Shown: positions 33,775 through 38,983 of the stretch, piece after piece
Position numbering within the stretch: the stretch's first letter is position 1
Layout: every line of letters begins with the position of its first letter
Assembly: GCA_030693825.1 (NCBI GenBank)
Contig: JAUXZV010000023.1
Location: 1 to 38,983 of the forward strand
DNA from: Myxococcales bacterium
GTDB taxonomy: Bacteria > Myxococcota > Myxococcia > Myxococcales > Myxococcaceae
Direction of reading: 5' to 3'
Length of the DNA stretch: 38,983 bases
Made by a program: the position numbers and the translations under genes
Notes under the pieces: model-generated
The model's database searches: none
The model's input: the letters and a program-made list of their open reading frames with translations, nothing else
What the model was told of the DNA's origin: nothing

Positions 33775-35838
33775 TCAGGGCGCTCCGCAGAAGTCGCCGG
33801 TCGGCCACGGGTGGCACGTGCCCGTCGCGCAGGGCGCCGAGGTGTTACAGGGGACGGCGCAGCGACGGAGCGCACCGGAGGGCACTTCGCCCTCCTTGCA
33901 GGTGATGGCCCGGAGCGGGTTCGACCACTCCACTGGCTCACAGCGCCGGTTGCGACAGGGCTTCCCGTCGGCATCCATCACCTTCCAGTCTGGGCGCTCG
34001 GCCTTCCGTTTCGGCTCCTTGTCGTCGAAGGCCCGCTTCGGCGCGGCGCCTTTCGGGTGCTCGAGGATGAGCTCGCGGGTGTGGTCTTCCCACGCGACGT
34101 CGAGGACGGTCGTCTCTCCCTCGAGCACCGGCAGCATCACGGTGCGCTGGTTGTACGAGCCGTCGAGCAACACATCGCCATGGCCTCCACGGAGCACCTG
34201 AATCGCGGCGATGCGCAGCGTCGGAGCCTCGTCATCATCAGGGTAGAAATCCCGGCACGTCATGCGGAACCACTCGCGCACCTGCCGGGTCTCGCAGTTC
34301 GACGCGGTCGAGCCCTTCACGTTCACCTCAGGCACGGCGCGCCACTCGTCGTCCGTCGGCGGCCACGAACGACCTTCTGGCAACACGAGTGCGCTCTTCG
34401 GCTTCGGTTTCGAGTCGAGCGCCACGTGGAGCGCTTCAGCGAAGGCACGATGGCCCTTCGGCGTGAGGTGAAGGTCGCCGTCGAGGAACGCGCCGGGCTC
34501 GGCCTTGCGGAGCGCCTCGGTCGGGTCGAGCGCGAGCGCACCAATCGCTTCAGCGCGTGACACGATGTCGTCGAGCAGGACCTGCGTGACCGAGAGGTCG
34601 ACAGGCTCCTTGCCGTACTTCTTCCACTCGTCCTTCGAGACCATCACGTCGAGCGGAAGCGCGACCACCAGCAATGTCGCTCCCGCCTGGTCGCAGGCGT
34701 CCTTCGTGCGCTGGAAAAGAGCCTCGAGCGGCGTGACGGCGTGGGCGTCTGAAGTACCCAGCGTCGAACCCAGTGCGATCCGCAGCGCCTTGCGCTTCTC
34801 GACGAGCGCCTTCAGCTCGGCGTCCTTCGTCTTCTCGGCGATCGCGAGCAGCTTGTCTTCGTTGCCCTCGATGCCGAGCGCCGCCGTGTAGAGCTGGTGC
34901 GCGGTGACGTCGACGGCGCGCGCGCCTTCCATGAACGGCACCTGCACGATGTCGCGCGGGTCACCGTTCTTGAGCGGCGGGAGCACCTTCGCGGCCTGCG
35001 CGTACGGCTCGTTCTGGTTGATCCGGTCCGTCACGTGACGGTCGAGCTCGAGCTGAAGCTCGTCGAGCTGCTTCGTCGTCGCGTTGCGCTTCTCGAGCGC
35101 CTCCTTCGTCGCGGTGTCGTCGCGCTCCAGCGGCTTGGTGACCGACGACGCCGTGACGATGTCCTTCCACGTGCCTTCGCCAGCGCTCTCTTGCGCGAGG
35201 TTCACCGAGCCGGCCATGAGGCGGCGGGCCGCGTAGACGAGGTGAGAACCGTTCATCACCGCGTGCCGGAACGGGAAGTTCACCGTCGAGGTCGGAGCCG
35301 TCTCGCTGCGCACCGCCCAGCCGTCCCACACGTGGTGGCGGCCGCTGTTCGGCTTGCCGAGCTCGAAGAGGTCGTTCGACACGTTCATCACGTAGACGAC
35401 GTGCTTCGGCTTTCGCTCGGCGACGAGGCGCTCGACCAGCGCCGTGTATTCGCCCGGGCCGTACGTCGGCACGCCCGCGTTGAGCACGTTCACTTTCCGA
35501 ATCGCCGCCAGCTGCGCCGAAAACGTCTCGCCGTCTTCCACGCCGAGTCCGAAGACCTGCGAGTCGCCGACCACCAGGACGTCGGTCGGAGCAGGGGATG
35601 CCCAGTCGCTCCCGCGGAAGCCGAGCGCGTTGGTGTGAATGGTCGTCGTCGGGTTGGTGCCGAGCTTGAGCTTCATCTGCGCGTTCGGCGCGAGCTTCAC
35701 GCCGAGCGACGCGTCTTCTTCGTAGAGGTTCAGGTGAGGGAACGCGCCGTCGTCACGCGCACGGAAGACGAGCTCGGCGATGACGACGCCAAGGGTGAGC
35801 CCGACGAGCACCTTCACGACCGCAGAGAGGACGCGCAC
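33775..35838 (-). CDS. membrane-anchored SGNH/GDSL-type hydrolase-like protein with a C-terminal Cys-rich module
   Basis: N-terminal TM (VLSAVVKVLVGLTLGVVIAELVF). GDS block VLVVGDSQVFGLG. Later LDGDLHLTPKGHRAFAEAL (the DxxH block of SGNH). The C-terminal 60 aa contain about 11 Cys (PCRNRRCEP...CAVPCNTSAPCATGTCHPWPTGDFCG). Confidence 0.7.
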   Translation of the reverse strand: MRVLSAVVKVLVGLTLGVVIAELVFRARDDGAFPHLNLYEEDASLGVKLAPNAQMKLKLGTNPTTTIHTNALGFRGSDWASPAPTDVLVVGDSQVFGLGVEDGETFSAQLAAIRKVNVLNAGVPTYGPGEYTALVERLVAERKPKHVVYVMNVSNDLFELGKPNSGRHHVWDGWAVRSETAPTSTVNFPFRHAVMNGSHLVYAARRLMAGSVNLAQESAGEGTWKDIVTASSVTKPLERDDTATKEALEKRNATTKQLDELQLELDRHVTDRINQNEPYAQAAKVLPPLKNGDPRDIVQVPFMEGARAVDVTAHQLYTAALGIEGNEDKLLAIAEKTKDAELKALVEKRKALRIALGSTLGTSDAHAVTPLEALFQRTKDACDQAGATLLVVALPLDVMVSKDEWKKYGKEPVDLSVTQVLLDDIVSRAEAIGALALDPTEALRKAEPGAFLDGDLHLTPKGHRAFAEALHVALDSKPKPKSALVLPEGRSWPPTDDEWRAVPEVNVKGSTASNCETRQVREWFRMTCRDFYPDDDEAPTLRIAAIQVLRGGHGDVLLDGSYNQRTVMLPVLEGETTVLDVAWEDHTRELILEHPKGAAPKRAFDDKEPKRKAERPDWKVMDADGKPCRNRRCEPVEWSNPLRAITCKEGEVPSGALRRCAVPCNTSAPCATGTCHPWPTGDFCGAP

Positions 35839-35922
35839 CGCGCGGAGTGTGCTTCAGAATTGGCGTGCAGTGTCGCGCGCCGGTGACGGTCCTCCGGACG
35901 GTCAAAGCTCCGATGTTGACTC

Positions 35923-35938
35923 CAGAATCAATATTCTG
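35923..35938. promoter_or_regulatory. AT-rich perfect palindrome CAGAATcaatATTCTG next to a TTGACT hexamer, about 70 nt upstream of the MFE-2 gene (candidate operator and promoter)
   Basis: 6-bp inverted arms with a 4-bp spacer in an otherwise about 70% GC region. TTGACT at 35916-35921. Sits in the divergent intergenic region between the SGNH gene (-) and the MFE-2 gene (+). Confidence 0.35.
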
Positions 35939-36005
35939 CTCTGAAGCCCCCAGTGCCGCACGGCTTCGGGTCATTCGTTCACCGGCCCCTCGAGAGGACG
36001 CACGC

Positions 36006-38983
36006 ATGAGTGAGCTTCGCTTCGACGGAAAAGTGGTGGTCATCACGGGCGCGGGCGCAGGGCTTGGCCGCTCCCACGCGTTGTTCTTCGGCAAGCGCGG
36101 CGCGAAGGTCGTGGTGAACGACCTCGGCGGCACCGCGCACGGAGCGGGCCAGTCGTCGGCCGCTGCCGACAAGGTCGTCGAAGAGATCAAGGCTGCCGGG
36201 GGTGCTGCCGTCGCCAACTACGACTCGGTCGAGAACGGCGACAAGATCATCAAGACGGCCATCGACGCGTTCGGCCGCATCGACGTGCTGATCAACAACG
36301 CCGGCATCCTCCGCGACGTCAGCTTCCAGAAGATGACGAAGGACGACTGGGACCTGATCATGCGCGTGCATGTGAACGGCGCGTTCGCCTGTTCGCACGC
36401 GGCGTGGTCGTACATGCGCGACCAGGGCTACGGGCGCATCATCTTCACCACCTCGGCCGCCGGCATCTACGGCAACTTCGGTCAGGCGAACTACTCGGCC
36501 GCCAAGCTCGGCCTGGTCGGCCTGTCGAACACGCTCGCCATCGAAGGCGAGAAGAAGAACGTGCGCGCCAACGCCATCGCGCCCATCGCGGCGTCGCGGC
36601 TCACCGAGACGGTGCTGCCGAAGGACATGCTCGAGAACCTGAAGCCCGAGTACGTGACGCCGCTCGTCGCGTGGCTCGCGCACGAGGAGTGCATCGAGAA
36701 CGGCGGCCTCTTCGAGGTCGGCGCCGGCTTCTTCGGCAAGCTCCGCTGGGAGCGCACCGAGGGCAAGACGTTCAAGCTCGGCCGCGAGATCTCCCCCGAG
36801 GCCATTCGTGGCGCATGGGAGCAGGTCACCGACTTCACGAAGTCCACGCACCCCGCCAACATCACCGAGGCGCTCGGCCCCGTGATGTCGAACCTGTCGT
36901 CGAAGTCGAAGGGCGGCAACGAGTTCATCGACGTCGACGCGGCGCTCGGCTTCGAGATGGAAGAGGCGCGCTCGACGTATGACGAGCGAGACCTTGCGCT
37001 GTATGCGCTCGGCGTTGGCGCCGGGAAGAACCCGACCGACGCGAGCGACCTGCACCTCGTCTACGAGCGCAACGGCGAAGGCTTCTACGCGCTGCCCACG
37101 TACGGCGTGATCCCCGCGCTCAACGCCATCTTCAAGATGGTCTCCGAAGGCAAGAGCGCGCCGGGCCTGCACTACGGGCTCGACCGTATCCTCCACGGAG
37201 AGCAATACACCGAGGTGCTCCGCCCGCTGCCGCCGAGCGCCGAGCTCGTGCACAAGGCGCGCATCTCGGAGATCCTCGACAAGGGCAAGAACGCCGTCGT
37301 CGTCACGCACCTCGACACGTACGACGCGAAGAGCGGCGAGCTGCTGGTGAAGAACGACGTCTCGATGGTGGTGCGCGGCGCCGGTGGCTGGGGCGGCGAC
37401 CGTGGCCCCTCGTCCGACGTCAACGTGCCGCCGAGCCGTCCTCCCGATGCTGTCGCGACCGAGAAGACGACCGAGAGCCAGGCGCTCCTCTATCGCCTCT
37501 CGGGCGACTGGAACCCGCTGCACGTCGACCCCGAGTTCGCGACGATGTTCGGCTTCAACAAGCCCATCCTCCACGGCCTGTGCACGTTCGGCTTCGTCGG
37601 CCGCGCCGTCATCAACGCGTTCAGCAAGGGCGATCCGCGCTTCTTCAAGAGCATCAAGGTGCGCTTCGCCGAGACCGTGTACCCGGGCGAGACGCTCAAG
37701 ATCGAGATGTGGAAGGAGAGCGATCTTCGCATCATCGTTCGCGCCACCGTCGTCGAGCGCGAGAAGGTCTGCATCTCGAACGCCGCCGTCGAGCTCTACC
37801 CTGAGATCCCGAAGCCGAAGGCGAAGGAGGCTCCGAAGGCCGCCGCTGCTGCTGCGCCCGTCGCCGCGAAGATCGACGCCGCCGCTTCGTTCAACGCCAT
37901 CGGCGCGCACCTCGCCTCGCACCCCGAGCTGGTGAAGAGCGTCGGCAACGTCTACCAGTTCCGCCTCAAGAACCCTGACTCCGCGTGGGTGCTCGACCTC
38001 AAGAACGGCGGCGGCTCGGTGAAGGCCGGCACGGTCGAGAAGGCCGACTGCACGCTCGACCTCTCGGACGCCGACTGGCTCGACATGGTGAGCGGCAAGG
38101 CCGACCCGATGAAGCTCTTCCAGGGCGGCAAGCTGAAGATCTCCGGCAACGTGATGGCGTCGCAGAAGCTCGACTTCCTCAAGAAGATGGATCGCTCGGC
38201 CGTCGCCGCGGCGGTCTCAGGTGGAGCTGCTCCTGCTCCCGCAGCCGCTGCAGCTGCGACGGTCACCTCAGCCATCAGCTTCCAGGCCATCGGCGCGTAC
38301 CTGTCGAAGAGCCCCGACCTCGTGAAGGCCGTCGGCAACGTCTACCAGTTCCGCCTCAAGAACCCCGACTCCGCCTGGGTGCTCGACCTCAAGAACGGCG
38401 ACGGCTCGGTGAAGGCTGGCACCGCCGAGAAGGCCGACTGCACGCTCGACCTCTCCGATGCCGACTGGCTCGACATGGTGAGCGGCAAGGCCGACCCGAT
38501 GAAGCTCTTCCAGGGCGGCAAGCTGAAGATCAGCGGCAACGTGATGGCGTCGCAGAAGCTCGACTTCCTCAAGAAGATCGATCGCAAGGAGTTCGAGTCG
38601 GCCCTCGGGTCCGCACCGGCACCGGCACCGGCACCGGCAGCGGCGGCTCCTGCGGCGCAGGCGAGCGCTCCTGCTGAGGCGAAGGCGCCGAAGATCATCG
38701 CCGCCCTCAAGGAGCGCCTCGCGAAGAACGCCAACCTCGCCAAAGAGGTCGACGCCATCATCGCCTTCAAGGTGAAGAACGGCCCGTCGTTCACGGCAGA
38801 CCTGAAGTCCGCGACGCCCGGCGTGAAGGACGGCGTCGACGCAGCGGCCACCACCACCATCAGCCTCACCGACGACGCACTCGCCGAGCTGGCGAAGACC
38901 GGCGCCGTGCAGGACCTCTACCAACACGGCGGCATGCGCATCGACGGCTCGATGAAGCCGATGCACCGCCTCGGGTTCCTCAA
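36006..38983 (+). CDS. multifunctional beta-oxidation enzyme type-2-like: SDR (3R)-hydroxyacyl-CoA dehydrogenase, MaoC-like enoyl-CoA hydratase 2, and three SCP2 domains; 3' partial (runs off the window)
   Basis: Not in the ORF track because no stop lies within the window. Manual translation from ATG 36006 is open to 38983. TGAGAGLGR Rossmann motif and YSAAK catalytic Tyr-x3-Lys. Hotdog signature in the hydratase part (RLSGDWNPLHVDPEFA...GFNKPILHG). Three SCP2-like modules (...KADCTLDLSDADWLDMVSGKADPMKLFQGGKLKISGNVMASQKL...). RBS GAGAGGA upstream. Confidence 0.9.
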   Translation, partial: MSELRFDGKVVVITGAGAGLGRSHALFFGKRGAKVVVNDLGGTAHGAGQSSAAADKVVEEIKAAGGAAVANYDSVENGDKIIKTAIDAFGRIDVLINNAGILRDVSFQKMTKDDWDLIMRVHVNGAFACSHAAWSYMRDQGYGRIIFTTSAAGIYGNFGQANYSAAKLGLVGLSNTLAIEGEKKNVRANAIAPIAASRLTETVLPKDMLENLKPEYVTPLVAWLAHEECIENGGLFEVGAGFFGKLRWERTEGKTFKLGREISPEAIRGAWEQVTDFTKSTHPANITEALGPVMSNLSSKSKGGNEFIDVDAALGFEMEEARSTYDERDLALYALGVGAGKNPTDASDLHLVYERNGEGFYALPTYGVIPALNAIFKMVSEGKSAPGLHYGLDRILHGEQYTEVLRPLPPSAELVHKARISEILDKGKNAVVVTHLDTYDAKSGELLVKNDVSMVVRGAGGWGGDRGPSSDVNVPPSRPPDAVATEKTTESQALLYRLSGDWNPLHVDPEFATMFGFNKPILHGLCTFGFVGRAVINAFSKGDPRFFKSIKVRFAETVYPGETLKIEMWKESDLRIIVRATVVEREKVCISNAAVELYPEIPKPKAKEAPKAAAAAAPVAAKIDAAASFNAIGAHLASHPELVKSVGNVYQFRLKNPDSAWVLDLKNGGGSVKAGTVEKADCTLDLSDADWLDMVSGKADPMKLFQGGKLKISGNVMASQKLDFLKKMDRSAVAAAVSGGAAPAPAAAAAATVTSAISFQAIGAYLSKSPDLVKAVGNVYQFRLKNPDSAWVLDLKNGDGSVKAGTAEKADCTLDLSDADWLDMVSGKADPMKLFQGGKLKISGNVMASQKLDFLKKIDRKEFESALGSAPAPAPAPAAAAPAAQASAPAEAKAPKIIAALKERLAKNANLAKEVDAIIAFKVKNGPSFTADLKSATPGVKDGVDAAATTTISLTDDALAELAKTGAVQDLYQHGGMRIDGSMKPMHRLGFL
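37896..38586. repeat. intragenic tandem duplication of about 300 nt (period 390 nt) duplicating one SCP2 domain at about 93-95% nucleotide identity
   Basis: Copy 1 spans about 37896..38196 and copy 2 about 38286..38586. Long identical runs such as cgtcggcaacgtctaccagttccgcctcaagaacc and ctcgacatggtgagcggcaaggccgacccgatgaagctcttccagggcggcaagctgaagatc, with only scattered synonymous and a few non-synonymous differences. Confidence 0.85.

Noticed and set aside
33191-34560. Plus-strand ORFs 33191..34201 and 33319..34560
   Set aside because: Antisense of the ferritin-like and SGNH hydrolase genes.
35979-37922. 647-aa minus-strand ORF
   Set aside because: Antisense shadow of the MFE-2 gene, whose plus frame has clear SDR/hotdog/SCP2 motifs and an RBS.
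37952-38966. Minus-strand ORFs 37952..38338, 38268..38966, 38342..38869 and plus-strand 37985..38677
   Set aside because: Off-frame or antisense readings of the duplicated SCP2 region. Their apparent internal repetition simply mirrors the coding duplication.

Overview
This is a GC-rich (about 70%) bacterial chromosomal segment. Codon usage and protein content look like Myxococcota (myxobacteria), dense with lipoproteins and secreted proteins. The six-frame track is dominated by long antisense shadow ORFs, so I called genes from protein-like composition, signal peptides, motifs I recognise, start-codon/RBS context and gene coupling.

Recognisable housekeeping genes:
- thiD
- cydAB (short cyanide-insensitive type)
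- an L,D-transpeptidase
- rimK
- a KAS-III-like synthase, a CrtW/desaturase-like membrane di-iron enzyme and an amidohydrolase
- a secreted MsrB-MsrA fusion
- a DMT transporter
- an HDOD signalling protein
- atpD-atpC, split from the rest of the atp genes
- a NodU/CmcH carbamoyltransferase with its DUF5989 small partner
- an MFE-2-like beta-oxidation enzyme (partial at the window end)

Things worth a second look:
1. A tightly coupled three-gene minus-strand operon: a 121-aa zinc-ribbon/TM/Cys-containing small protein, a radical-SAM/SPASM enzyme, and a lipoprotein with a choice-of-anchor-D-like C-terminus. This is a candidate uncharacterised peptide or protein-modification system.
2. A family of three paralogous secreted proteins (two adjacent, one 20 kb away). 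Each has an N-terminal Cys module, an in-frame near-perfect tandem DNA repeat (15 or 36 nt) encoding Gly-rich linkers, and a right-handed beta-helix or GGxGG-rich domain.
3. An MFE-2 with three SCP2 domains, two of them a near-identical ~300-nt intragenic tandem duplication.
4. A low-GC island at the window start.

No rRNA, tRNA, CRISPR or obvious transposase was seen.
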